IMG/VR virus record: IMGVR_UViG_3300049215_000529
Coordinates: 62,001-126,000 of that record
DNA length: 64,000 bases
Strand: one strand, 5' to 3'
Under the pieces are notes generated by a model. It was not told where the DNA came from, did no database searches, and was given only the letters and a program-made list of their open reading frames with translations. This document shows, in pieces, positions 18,870 to 27,784 of the stretch; the first letter of the stretch is position 1, and each line of letters starts with the position of its first letter. The position numbers and the translations under genes are program-made.

Positions 18870-19428
18870 CGTCGTCCCTGTAAACTAAATCATGATATCT
18901 AATAAAAGAAAGTAATGCACTATGCTGATCTTTATAATTCGAACACTTGCTCCAAGTCAATCCAACATCCCTAACTTGCTCCATGGCTGCTAGGAAGGTT
19001 GCTTGCAAAAAAGTATTGCATTCCATCCAGTCTTTTCCATTAAGTGAACACGCTATCATTGGTTCTGGATCAATAAATTCTGGTGGCTCAATTTGGGTTG
19101 CAGGATCAAATTGTTCTTGTCCAACCAAGTATAAACCATAGAATGGTAAATTTTTCAACTGAATCACCATTGCCATCTCTGGTAAATTTTTTGTAAGGGA
19201 ACAATCTCCTAACAATACTTTAAGTTCTTGTGTATCAGCCGATAATTGACATCCCCAAATACTATTTTGAGAATCTTCACCTTCTGATTCAAATGTTAAT
19301 TTGTCAGACAAAAGATACTCATTTCTCATTAAAGATTTGCTTTTATTAAAATCTACGTAAAGAGAAGGATATACTGCAAAATTAGAAAAGATATGTTTAA
19401 CTATTTCTTCCAATAGAACACGATTCAT
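18859..19428 (-). CDS. hypothetical protein
   Basis: 189-aa ORF in coupled run. Confidence 0.65.
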   Translation of the reverse strand: MNRVLLEEIVKHIFSNFAVYPSLYVDFNKSKSLMRNEYLLSDKLTFESEGEDSQNSIWGCQLSADTQELKVLLGDCSLTKNLPEMAMVIQLKNLPFYGLYLVGQEQFDPATQIEPPEFIDPEPMIACSLNGKDWMECNTFLQATFLAAMEQVRDVGLTWSKCSNYKDQHSALLSFIRYHDLVYRDDDAR

Positions 19429-19748
19429 TTGTTCAACTTTCTACCGATAGCTTGTTGTAACGCTTCTCGGATGTCAAATACTCCGAAGTTGAGCTTAGGC
19501 AGATCATTGTATGAATTATCAATGTATGTTTCATAATTAAAAACATCACCAGCCAAGCGTCGTTTTGCTAACTCTTCCATACACATGACTGCAATTTCTC
19601 GGTAACAACCAAAATATCTGTCACATACAATCATTTCACATAATTTTTCTGAAGAATAAGATGGTACGTTCTTGCGGACTAATTCTAAATCTAAAGTAGT
19701 CGCCTCAATTTCTTCAGTTGGAAATTCAAATAAATCTTTATCACTCAT
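19425..19748 (-). CDS. hypothetical protein
   Basis: 107-aa ORF, ATGA overlap. Confidence 0.65.
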   Translation of the reverse strand: MSDKDLFEFPTEEIEATTLDLELVRKNVPSYSSEKLCEMIVCDRYFGCYREIAVMCMEELAKRRLAGDVFNYETYIDNSYNDLPKLNFGVFDIREALQQAIGRKLNK

Positions 19749-20088
19749 GGTGCCTCATCGGGGGCGGTGTAGAAACTTTCACTTTTAAAGACGGTAATAT
19801 ATGACCGCCCTTGCGATAGTCAAAGAAATGTAATTTCGTATCAAAAAATAAGTTATTGAAATTCAGAACTTTTCCCAGAATCAACAAATCCCTCATGCTT
19901 TGAAAAACTGCCGTAATTACCTGAGCTACTTCTGCTTTGGAAATTAAAGGATATCTAGCATAAACACGATTAACTAAATCTTCATTGTATTGAAGATTGA
20001 TAGGACTATCTGAATTGAGTTGATCTACCATCTCTTGATGAGATCGATCTTTAAAGAAAAACGGTTTAACTGTCTTAGGCTTCTTCAT
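19741..20088 (-). CDS. second, divergent HU/IHF-like protein
   Basis: ISKAEVAQVITAVFQSMRDLLILGKVLNFNNL helix pattern; start set at MKKPK (track 20130). Confidence 0.55.
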   Translation of the reverse strand: MKKPKTVKPFFFKDRSHQEMVDQLNSDSPINLQYNEDLVNRVYARYPLISKAEVAQVITAVFQSMRDLLILGKVLNFNNLFFDTKLHFFDYRKGGHILPSLKVKVSTPPPMRHHE

Positions 20089-20134
20089 GGTTCCGTAATA
20101 TATAACTACTCCCCCTATAAGATCCCCCATTCAT

Positions 20135-20821
20135 TTGTCGAGATCGAGTTCGCAAACTTTATTAATTTTCGGTGTCGTCCAAGTAGTTATATTCAGATCA
20201 CAAATGACAGCTCGTATCCTGCAAAACCTAACTCATAAAATTCTAGTAGTCGGACCTGTTTACGATCAGTTAAGCAAGCTAGTAAAATTGGAAAGTTTAT
20301 TATCTGATTACTCACATATCATCGTTAATGGAAATCTTTGTTATCCAAATGATAATTTAGATGAGGTTCAAAAAAGAATTGACATTATGTCAGTACTTTG
20401 CAGCAGGGGAGTTATTTACAATTTGGGTAATTTTGATTTAAAACTATTAAGTAAATTAGAAGAATCGGGAGAATATCCCAAAATACAGAAATGGCTTAAA
20501 GAACACAACAATGTAGTAATTGCCCATTACCACGCTCAACCAACATACATAATTACTTCGGGTGGAATTACTCCTGAAATGACCAAAGAAGACATTGTGA
20601 ATGGGCTAGAAACGAGTTTTGTATCAAAGGTCAAAGATGCTCCATGGCATCGATGGTACGGTGGAGGACATGGCTACGTAATTTCCAATATGCCATTGAC
20701 CTTTAGTCCGCCCCAATTTTACAACTTTTCCGCCCAAATTGGAAATGTTTACCATGAAAAGGTAGAAGTTTATGCGCAAGAAGCGGGACCTGGTGGTTTG
20801 GGTCGCACTTTTCCCTTATAA
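20135..20821 (+). CDS. degenerate calcineurin-like metallophosphoesterase
   Basis: VVGPVYD, NGNLCY, GNFD align to GDIHG, GDLIDRG, GNHE; start uncertain. Confidence 0.65.
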   Translation: MSRSSSQTLLIFGVVQVVIFRSQMTARILQNLTHKILVVGPVYDQLSKLVKLESLLSDYSHIIVNGNLCYPNDNLDEVQKRIDIMSVLCSRGVIYNLGNFDLKLLSKLEESGEYPKIQKWLKEHNNVVIAHYHAQPTYIITSGGITPEMTKEDIVNGLETSFVSKVKDAPWHRWYGGGHGYVISNMPLTFSPPQFYNFSAQIGNVYHEKVEVYAQEAGPGGLGRTFPL

Positions 20822-20880
20822 AGATACTAATAAAAGCATATCTTTGTGGAATTCCCTCCACCGTTATAAACAGGTAATCA

Positions 20881-21321
20881 ATGGATAAGTGCAGCAAAGT
20901 CGCGGCTTTATATATAGCTACTCTTAAAGCCATCGCTCTAATTCATCAGAATAGTCACTGGACTACCAAAGGCGAACCATTTTATGGGGATCATTTGTTA
21001 TTTGAAAGACTGTATAATTCTGCATTAGAAGACCTAGACGTTGCGGCTGAGAAATTTGTGGGGCTATTTGGTAGTGAAGTGTTAAATTATGATCTTCAGG
21101 CTGACCTGCTACATAAAGTTCTTTTGAAGTATAGCGGCTTGGAGGGTTCACCCACGGAAATGTCCTTGGCAATCGAGAAAGAATTTCTTAAATTCTCTAG
21201 GAGCGCCTACGATTGCTTTGAGGAAGAGGGTCGCGCTTCTCAGGGATTAGAAGATATGATGCCTGCAATTGCAAGTTCCCGCGAAACGTCAGTCTATTTA
21301 CTACAACAAAAACTCAAGTAA
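20881..21321 (+). CDS. Dps/ferritin-like protein
   Basis: HQNSHWTTKGEPFYGDHLLFERLY...DVAAEK. Confidence 0.7.
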   Translation: MDKCSKVAALYIATLKAIALIHQNSHWTTKGEPFYGDHLLFERLYNSALEDLDVAAEKFVGLFGSEVLNYDLQADLLHKVLLKYSGLEGSPTEMSLAIEKEFLKFSRSAYDCFEEEGRASQGLEDMMPAIASSRETSVYLLQQKLK

Positions 21322-21341
21322 GAAGAAACTAGGAGATACTT

Positions 21342-21689
21342 ATGGATCAGAAGAAGGTTAATGAATTGTTACTAAAGATTGCTTCCAATCAACAAAAGAT
21401 CATCAACAAGCTTGCTCAGCAACACTTGGGTGATCCATCTGCCCCACCTCCACAAAGCCTACCAGCTCCAGCTCATCCAGAGCTTCAGCCAGGCAAAGTG
21501 GTTATGAATGCGTTACCACCAACAGCAAAGCCTGCTGTCAAGGACATTCAAGCTAAGGGCAATGTATTAGAAGTGAGCTTCAATCAACCAAGCCAAGCAG
21601 CTCTTGACGCAGTTACCCAAACTGTACAGAAGCTACTTAACGCAAAACCACCTCTACTACCATTCGCTTACACTGTCAAAGCAGTCTAA
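21342..21689 (+). CDS. hypothetical protein (KIAS/KLAQ motif, Pro-rich)
   Basis: AGGAG then ATG; 115 aa. Confidence 0.7.
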   Translation: MDQKKVNELLLKIASNQQKIINKLAQQHLGDPSAPPPQSLPAPAHPELQPGKVVMNALPPTAKPAVKDIQAKGNVLEVSFNQPSQAALDAVTQTVQKLLNAKPPLLPFAYTVKAV

Positions 21690-21690
21690 G

Positions 21691-21990
21691 TTAAGTAGTT
21701 GAATACTTTTGGCTGTAGTGTTCAACGCTACGGTATTGTAAAGCGATGCTCAAAGCTTCGAATACGTTAATGTTGTCTTTTAAAGACAATCCGGTTAACG
21801 TCAATAAAATCTCGCCCATTGCGCGAGATTTTAGCTTTTGGCGTTCGTCTTCGGGAACTTCTGTCTTTTGATCAATCACTTTGTAAAGATTGACCTTCAT
21901 CATTAGCTCGTCCATAAGTGACGCTTCGCCTTGGGTTTCTTGATGCAGCTTTTCGCATCTTTCCCATAGCTCTTCAAAGTGCATTGGCAT
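21691..21990 (-). CDS. MazG-like helical protein, degenerate
   Basis: MGEILLTLTGLSLKDNINVFEAL resembles ExGDxL...IDLEEAL. Confidence 0.5.
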   Translation of the reverse strand: MPMHFEELWERCEKLHQETQGEASLMDELMMKVNLYKVIDQKTEVPEDERQKLKSRAMGEILLTLTGLSLKDNINVFEALSIALQYRSVEHYSQKYSTT

Positions 21991-21991
21991 G

Positions 21992-22186
21992 TTAATCCTC
22001 GACGTCTTTGTTATCCATCAAAGCGATTTGAAGTTGTTCATCACCTTTGTCAGAAATGAACACCAAAAAGACAGCGCCCTTCTCACAATCAATCAAAACC
22101 GGAGCCTTGACCTTACCGACATAAAAAATCATTCCGTCTTTGTCAGTACGAGCCTTCAAATCAATAGTAATATTCTTGTTAGACAT
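21992..22186 (-). CDS. hypothetical protein
   Basis: 64 aa, GGAG upstream. Confidence 0.6.
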   Translation of the reverse strand: MSNKNITIDLKARTDKDGMIFYVGKVKAPVLIDCEKGAVFLVFISDKGDEQLQIALMDNKDVED

Positions 22187-22197
22187 AAAATCTCCAA

Positions 22198-23103
22198 TTA
22201 TAAATTCTTAACGTATTTAGCCATACAATCTGCTAGAGCTTGTTTAGCTGGTGTCATAGTGAATCCTGCTGCTGCCAATTTATCACTGTTAATAATACAG
22301 TTAGAACGCTTAGCAGTTGTTAATCCATCTAGTTGCTGTTCGCTAATTATTTCGAAAGAATGCGATGGCACATATTTTTGATACTCTCTCATAACTTGAG
22401 CTGCCGTTAAAGGCTCTGGATTGGTCACGTGGAATATTCCAGTTTTTTCATTTTGAATCGCCCAATCTACACATCGAGCCAAGTCATCCATAAAAGTAAC
22501 TGAGTTAGGAATATCAATCACTTGTTTATAGCCTCGCAATTTGTTAATCAAGTTGCGTGAGGTGTTTCGGGTGGAGATTGGCATGCGAATGCGCAAAGTG
22601 GTTACATGGCTCATGCTACCAATCATTAAATCGCAAGCATACTTACTCTTTGAGTAAAATGACTTTGGATTAGCAAAGTCCGTTTCCATCCAGCCATCAT
22701 CTATTTTTTTAGCTGGCAATGTCACGGTGTGTGGCATATTCCAGCTAACATCTGGCATAGGCTTACCATCAGCTTGCACATAATGAAAATTAGGAGACTC
22801 GCCAAAGTAAATGCAGCCGGAACCAATCTGCACAAGACGAACAGAATGCTTGGCACAAACTTCAGCCAACACGATTGGTAGAACTACGTTCGCAGATGCA
22901 GTTTCTTCTTTGTGGGTTTCGCACCAGTCCACATTAGGACGACCAGTCTTGCCAATGCAATTAACTATCACATCTGGTTTGTATTGCTCAATAATACTTT
23001 GCATCTGCCCAATACTATTAGCAACAACTCTTTCATTGCCGCCCAAAATTTCATGTGGTAGATGTTCGGCTACAAATCCATTACCAATCGTCAATACTTT
23101 CAT
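22198..23103 (-). CDS. NDP-4-keto-6-deoxyglucose 3,5-epimerase/4-reductase (NRS/ER, UER1 type)
   Basis: GKTGRPNVDWCETHKEET, SFYSKSK, TLRIRMPIS, IDIPNS, AKRSN. Confidence 0.85.
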   Translation of the reverse strand: MKVLTIGNGFVAEHLPHEILGGNERVVANSIGQMQSIIEQYKPDVIVNCIGKTGRPNVDWCETHKEETASANVVLPIVLAEVCAKHSVRLVQIGSGCIYFGESPNFHYVQADGKPMPDVSWNMPHTVTLPAKKIDDGWMETDFANPKSFYSKSKYACDLMIGSMSHVTTLRIRMPISTRNTSRNLINKLRGYKQVIDIPNSVTFMDDLARCVDWAIQNEKTGIFHVTNPEPLTAAQVMREYQKYVPSHSFEIISEQQLDGLTTAKRSNCIINSDKLAAAGFTMTPAKQALADCMAKYVKNL

Positions 23104-23142
23104 GATACCTCAAATAGGAAATAACAATCAACAACTATTATA

Positions 23143-23892
23143 TCACATCTGAGTGATTCCGTGTTCCTTTTGATAGAAAAAATGATTGACATAGCTTATA
23201 GATTCATGAGTTCCAGCATCGCTCCATAAACCATTAACCATACTGTAATGAAGATTATCAGCCTCTAGATATTTTCTAATAATATCTGTAATTTCATATT
23301 CACCACGTGCACTAGGCTTTAGTTCTTTGAAGTACTCAAAGAAAACTGGAGTAAACAAATAACATCCAGAGATTGCCATGTTAGTAAATTGCGGGTCTAA
23401 TGACTTAGGCTTTTCTTCAATTTTGACAATTTTATTATTATCATCTATGGAGGCAACACCAAAGCGCGTTAAAGAGGGATGATTTGCCAGCATAATTTGG
23501 GCACGCGGATGAGTTTTCCAGTTAGGATTATTCCAACGTGGAGCCTTCTCAAACACATTGTCTCCCAAGATGACGGAAAAATCAACATCATCTCTAACGA
23601 ATCTTTCGCACAAGCTGATTGCGTGAGCGATTCCCTTGGGCTCAGGCTGGTAAACGTAATTAAAATTCATTCCATAACGACTACCATCGCCAAGATAACC
23701 CACTACTTGGGAGAAGTGATTGCCACCCAAAATAACGGTAACGTCTTGACAACCCAATTGTTTCAGGGTATCAATAGGATAATCTATAATGAACTTTCCA
23801 TTAAGATCTAATAGATGTTTATTAACTACACTAGTGAGTGGGGCTAGACGAGAGCCAGTTCCGCCTGCGAGAATTATACCATTTTTTGCCAT
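23143..23892 (-). CDS. rmlA: glucose-1-phosphate thymidylyltransferase
   Basis: GIILAGGTGSRLAPLT, QPEPKGIAHA, ILGDN, SARGEYEITD, WSDAGT. Confidence 0.9.
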   Translation of the reverse strand: MAKNGIILAGGTGSRLAPLTSVVNKHLLDLNGKFIIDYPIDTLKQLGCQDVTVILGGNHFSQVVGYLGDGSRYGMNFNYVYQPEPKGIAHAISLCERFVRDDVDFSVILGDNVFEKAPRWNNPNWKTHPRAQIMLANHPSLTRFGVASIDDNNKIVKIEEKPKSLDPQFTNMAISGCYLFTPVFFEYFKELKPSARGEYEITDIIRKYLEADNLHYSMVNGLWSDAGTHESISYVNHFFYQKEHGITQM

Positions 23893-24598
23893 CCAACAAC
23901 CTTCCTATCTCCTTCTATAACATTGAGTTTTGCGGAGTAAGGTCGAAGGTTAGATAATTCCCAGCACTTCTTAATTTCTTCAGGTTTAGAAAAATCAAAA
24001 GAACTCTGTGGAATGATATGATCTAACTGCCAAGTCCAAGTAGAAATGTCATCATCTTTCCAAATTTCTACCTGATACTTTCCTTGGTTGTTCCAACTCA
24101 TCCAAGGTTCAAATTGTTTTTCAATATGAGTAATAAGCTCTTGAATAGAAAAAGAAATATAATCCATACAGCTATTCATTTTATTCAATCCGACTTTAGA
24201 TAGATAAAAATTGATTGATCTGGAGATATTCTTTCTCAATCTGTAAGATGGATCATTTTGCCTGCGGTCAGTTTCGTATTTACGATCTTTCTTTCTGATT
24301 TTCTCTTTATTGTTTGCCCTATAATTTTTACCATACTCTTGATTATAAAGTTTAACTTTTTCTGGGTTCTTTTCTCTATACTTTTTAGTATACTGGCGTT
24401 CAACAGAATTTTTCTTGATCTGCTCTTTATTTTCTTCGTAGTAACTGCGTCGATATTCTAATTTTTCTTCTTTATGAGAAGAATAAAATTGTTTATCTCT
24501 TTCTCTCAAGAGAGGTAGGTTATCCTGTCTATACTCTTTTTTCAAGCGTAAGATTGATGCTTTATTAGCTTGGTAATATTCTCTCTTACACTCTTTAC
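23874..24598 (-). pseudogene. HNH-type endonuclease, 3' part, disrupted by IS605
   Basis: WQLDHIIP...NLRPY; joins in frame to 26191..26273 once the IS is removed (SQFT-CKEC-KREYY). Confidence 0.85.
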
Positions 24599-24725
24599 GA
24601 TCTCCAAAGCAGAAAGCCAACCACTTCAGTGGTTGGATGAATGCGTTAGCAGTTATTTGTCAGATAGATATTATTTTTATTTGAATATATACAGCTTCTG
24701 ATATATACATGTCAGAAGGTAATGT

Positions 24726-25124
24726 ATGAGCGCACGATGGACACATAGCAATAAGGCAATCTATAACATTGGATACCATATTATTTGGTGTCCAAAGTAT
24801 CGTCGTAAAGTCTTAGTAGATCAGATTGAAGTTAGGCTAAAAGAACTTCTTATTGAGATTAGTTCTTCAATTGATTGTCAGATTGAAACTATGGAAATTA
24901 TGCCTGATCATGTTCATATCTTCATTAAATGCTCTCCAGTTCATTCTCCGCACTATGTAGTTCAGCAATTGAAAGGCAAATCATCTCATATATTGAGAGA
25001 AGAGTTTCCATTATTGAAAACTAGATTGCCAACTCTTTGGACAAGAAGTTATTATTGCGAAAGCGTGGGACATATCTCTGCTGCCACAGTTGAAAAATAT
25101 ATCTTGGAACAGAAGGCACGATGA
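24726..25124 (+). CDS. tnpA: Y1 HuH transposase
   Basis: YHIIWCPKYRR, MPDHVHIF, LKGKSS, WTRSYY, VEKYILEQ. Confidence 0.95.
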   Translation: MSARWTHSNKAIYNIGYHIIWCPKYRRKVLVDQIEVRLKELLIEISSSIDCQIETMEIMPDHVHIFIKCSPVHSPHYVVQQLKGKSSHILREEFPLLKTRLPTLWTRSYYCESVGHISAATVEKYILEQKAR

Positions 25125-26137
25125 GTATATTAGTTATCAAAATCAAACATAATGCCGATCTAACAGAACATTTGCGGAAGGCGGCGTTGGTAGCTAACTA
25201 TGCGATCAAAAATCGCATGAAATTATCATCAGTTAATGTCTCTAATATTGGTCTGCCTTCAGCAATTAGCAATCAAATTCTCCGCAAGTATGGCAAGAAC
25301 AAGAAGTGCAAGCGCATCAATCCAACGAAGATCAAGTTAGTAGCACCGGCACAGTCGATCAAGGTAGAAAGCTCTAAAATAAGAGTAGTACCTCTAAAAT
25401 TAACGCTAAACAATGAGAGTAAATATCAGATCGTAAAGGTCAAGCAGATTGAATTAGATGCTACTTATGCTTATGTTGCATTCGAGCAACAAGATCAGCC
25501 TATGCAACAATTGGAAAATTTTATTGGAGTTGATCTGAATGCAACATCTCATTGTGCGGTAGCTGCCGAACCTATTAGTGGTAAAGTTATTAAGCTTGGT
25601 AAGCAAGCACCTCATATACATAAGAAGTATAAGGCATTAAGAAGTAGTTTGCATAAGCAAAAATTATATAAGAAGTTGAAAGAAACAAAAGGTAAAGAAA
25701 CCAGAAAAGTAAAGTATCTTAATCATAAGATTAGCAAACAGATTGTTCAGTTTGCTAAAGACAACAATTGTGGTATCAAGTTAGAACAACTAACAGGTAT
25801 TCTCAATAGTAAAAAGAATAGTAAATCATTCCGTTATATTCTGAACTCTTGGAGCTACTATCAATTAGGCACAATGATCGCCTACAAAGCTCTACTTGCA
25901 GGTATTCCAGTATTGCATATTCGTCCAGCATACACCAGCCAAAACTGTAGTAAATGTGGCGAACTTGGAAAACGAAATGGTAAGAGGTTTAGCTGTTGTC
26001 ATTGCAAACACAGCGATCATGCGGATGTTAATGCGGCTTTCAATATCGCAAAGTCATCTGCCTTGATCACTTCCAAACAGACAGAGTTGTTTGGAAATGG
26101 TGCTACTGAAGCGCCTATGAGGCAATTCAATGTCTGA
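25121..26137 (+). CDS. tnpB: RNA-guided nuclease TnpB, compact (338 aa), RuvC D-E-D intact
   Basis: IGVDLN, IKLEQL, YTSQNCSKCG...CCHC, HADVNAAFNI. Confidence 0.93.
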   Translation: MSILVIKIKHNADLTEHLRKAALVANYAIKNRMKLSSVNVSNIGLPSAISNQILRKYGKNKKCKRINPTKIKLVAPAQSIKVESSKIRVVPLKLTLNNESKYQIVKVKQIELDATYAYVAFEQQDQPMQQLENFIGVDLNATSHCAVAAEPISGKVIKLGKQAPHIHKKYKALRSSLHKQKLYKKLKETKGKETRKVKYLNHKISKQIVQFAKDNNCGIKLEQLTGILNSKKNSKSFRYILNSWSYYQLGTMIAYKALLAGIPVLHIRPAYTSQNCSKCGELGKRNGKRFSCCHCKHSDHADVNAAFNIAKSSALITSKQTELFGNGATEAPMRQFNV

Positions 26138-26210
26138 AGCAAGACTTTTGAAACCTCAGAACCCAACGACTTTAGTCGTTGGTTATTCAGAAGTGAATTG
26201 AGAGGTGCCA
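26066..26210 (+). ncRNA. predicted omegaRNA of TnpB (scaffold to 26190, guide from 26191)
   Basis: overlaps tnpB 3' end and right end; stems 26071-26096 and 26163-26182; guide AAGTGAATTGAGAGGTGCCA; 5' end approximate. Confidence 0.7.
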
Positions 26211-26273
26211 TTGGCATTCTTGTATTCAGTTTTTTTCGCAACCATGTTTGGAGCAAATTGTTCCGTTCTTCAT
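26191..26273 (-). pseudogene. 5' fragment of the IS-disrupted HNH gene
   Basis: MKNGTICSKHGCEK/TEYKNANGTSQFT with a +1 frameshift in an A7 run (T7 at 26230-26236 on +). Confidence 0.7.
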
Positions 26274-26303
26274 AATAAGAATGATCAATTATTGGCAGAT
26301 TTG

Positions 26304-26378
26304 TGGTCTCCCCGGCAGGATTCGAACCTGCGGCATTCAGTTTAGGAAACTGACGTTCTGTCCGCTGAACTACGGGGA
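26304..26378 (-). tRNA. tRNA-Arg(CCT)
   Basis: D arm GTTC/GAAC, anticodon arm TCAGT-TTCCTAA-ACTGA, T arm GCAGG-TTCGAAT-CCTGC, CCA; 3' acceptor strand 1 nt short. Confidence 0.85.
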
Positions 26379-26386
26379 GATACCAA

Positions 26387-26923
26387 TTATGCCTTTTGTT
26401 TAGTAGGCATAACTATCATACTCATAAATTTACCTTCCAAGGAAGTTGAGGGCGCAGGGGCAATCAAGCCAGCTAACTGCTGCAAAATCCAGTCCATCTT
26501 ATCCCTGCCTACTTGAGGATGGGTAATCTCACGACCACGGAAGCGAATAGTAAACTTAACTTTATGTCCCTCTGCCAAAAATTCTTTGGCTTGCTGAAGC
26601 TTGTGGTTCAAGTCATTCTCATCAGTATTGGGACGGAAAGTGAGTTCTTTCAATTCCTGAAGCCTTTGATTTTTCTTGGCTTCAGCCATTTTCTTTTTTT
26701 CTTCGTACTTATACTTACCGTAATCCATAATCTTACAGACAGGCGGAACAGCTCTTGGATTAATTTCTACCAAATCTAGGACTTGATCTTGAGCCATCTT
26801 AAGTGCATCACGTGTTGCCATGACGCCAGCATTGGTTCCATCGCTTAAAACCACACGAATTTGTGGGATGCGGATTTGATTGTTAATACGAATTCTTTGA
26901 TTAGTTGTTTGTGCGTTACTCAC
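26387..26923 (-). CDS. infC: translation initiation factor IF-3
   Basis: RINNQIR, DLVEINP..PPVCKIMDYGKYKYE, KELTFRPNTDENDL, GHKVKFTIRFRGRE. Confidence 0.95.
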   Translation of the reverse strand: MSNAQTTNQRIRINNQIRIPQIRVVLSDGTNAGVMATRDALKMAQDQVLDLVEINPRAVPPVCKIMDYGKYKYEEKKKMAEAKKNQRLQELKELTFRPNTDENDLNHKLQQAKEFLAEGHKVKFTIRFRGREITHPQVGRDKMDWILQQLAGLIAPAPSTSLEGKFMSMIVMPTKQKA

Positions 26924-27279
26924 TCAGTTTCCTCTTGTTTTTCTTTAAGAACTTCAATGGCAGCTTCTAGCAAATCTTCTTTACGATTTGTAGTATAGAA
27001 TTGTCCCTCTATACCTCGGGTATTGTAAACCTTGTAACCTTGTTTGGTTAGTTCGGTAAAAACTTTGTCATGAGAAGGGTCTACCATGGTTTTGTCCAGC
27101 TCTAAGGCTACTGCTAGGGGACAAAACTTCCCATCCTCATAATTATAGGTATCTAGTACCATCTCTTCTGGATAAGTAATCACTCTTTGCAATTGTGCAA
27201 TAGTCAATTGTCGTAATCCATTTTTTAATCCAGTTTTACGAGGATCTTCATTTTTTAATTTTATTGACGTCAATCCCAT
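26920..27279 (-). CDS. hypothetical protein
   Basis: track 26920..27363; start set at MGLTSIK. Confidence 0.6.
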   Translation of the reverse strand: MGLTSIKLKNEDPRKTGLKNGLRQLTIAQLQRVITYPEEMVLDTYNYEDGKFCPLAVALELDKTMVDPSHDKVFTELTKQGYKVYNTRGIEGQFYTTNRKEDLLEAAIEVLKEKQEETE

Positions 27280-27659
27280 ACTCTTCCAGGCAAGATATAT
27301 CCAAAGTCCATTGTTTACGGCTGCGCATAACCCAAGTCCAAAAAGAGCCTTTAACATAAACATCAGCTTCTGGGCGCTTCATTTTATTGACTTTCATCAA
27401 ATGCTGAAGAGCCGCTTCGCCTTTACCTCGGGTTTGGGCGAGACCTATATGTTTAACCATGTGACAGTCGGGACACAAGGCAATCATACCTTCCAATTTT
27501 TGAATTAAATTCTTGTCGTCATAATTCCAAATTTCATGACATTCTACCGGATGCTTTGGACCGACTTCACCACAAATTTCACAAGTATGCCACGCTTTGC
27601 CATATACTTGAGATTTTACTGCATCCCATTGTTTCTGCGTTAATACAGAGCGAACATTG
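27248..27659 (-). pseudogene. 5'-truncated HNH-like protein abutting the orphan IS right end
   Basis: open frame NVRSVLTQKQWDAVK...CEICG...HPVECHEIW...LCPDCHMVKH begins at the right-end junction with no start codon. Confidence 0.75.
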
Positions 27660-27784
27660 CTGAATAACCAACGACTAAAGTCGTTGGGTTCCGAGGTTCA
27701 AAAAGCTTTTCTTCAAGCATTTGATTGCCTCATAAGCGTTTCAGTACCACTATTCCATATAGGCTTTTGCTATATGGAGTGAAT
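27660..27784 (-). mobile_element. orphan IS605 right end / omegaRNA scaffold, no tnpB or left end
   Basis: last 32 nt identical to 26159-26190; similarity extends about 120 nt; upstream stem has different but paired sequence. Confidence 0.85.

Larger units (their letters stand above)
24599..26190 (+). mobile_element. IS200/IS605-family (IS605 group) element, tnpA+tnpB, TTAC target
   Basis: TTAC 24595-24598; left AAAG + hairpin CCAACCAC-TTCA-GTGGTTGG 24617-24636; right GAAC + hairpin 26163-26182 + TTATTCAG; empty site restores host ORF. Confidence 0.92.

Noticed and set aside
23745-23760. CTTGACAACCCAATT inside rmlA resembling the shared -35 element
   Set aside because: No acceptable -10 at 16-18 nt; intragenic and antisense.
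25121-26137. Cas12f or nuclease-dead TldR
   Set aside because: No repeat-spacer array or cas genes; flanked by tnpA and IS ends; all three RuvC residues present.
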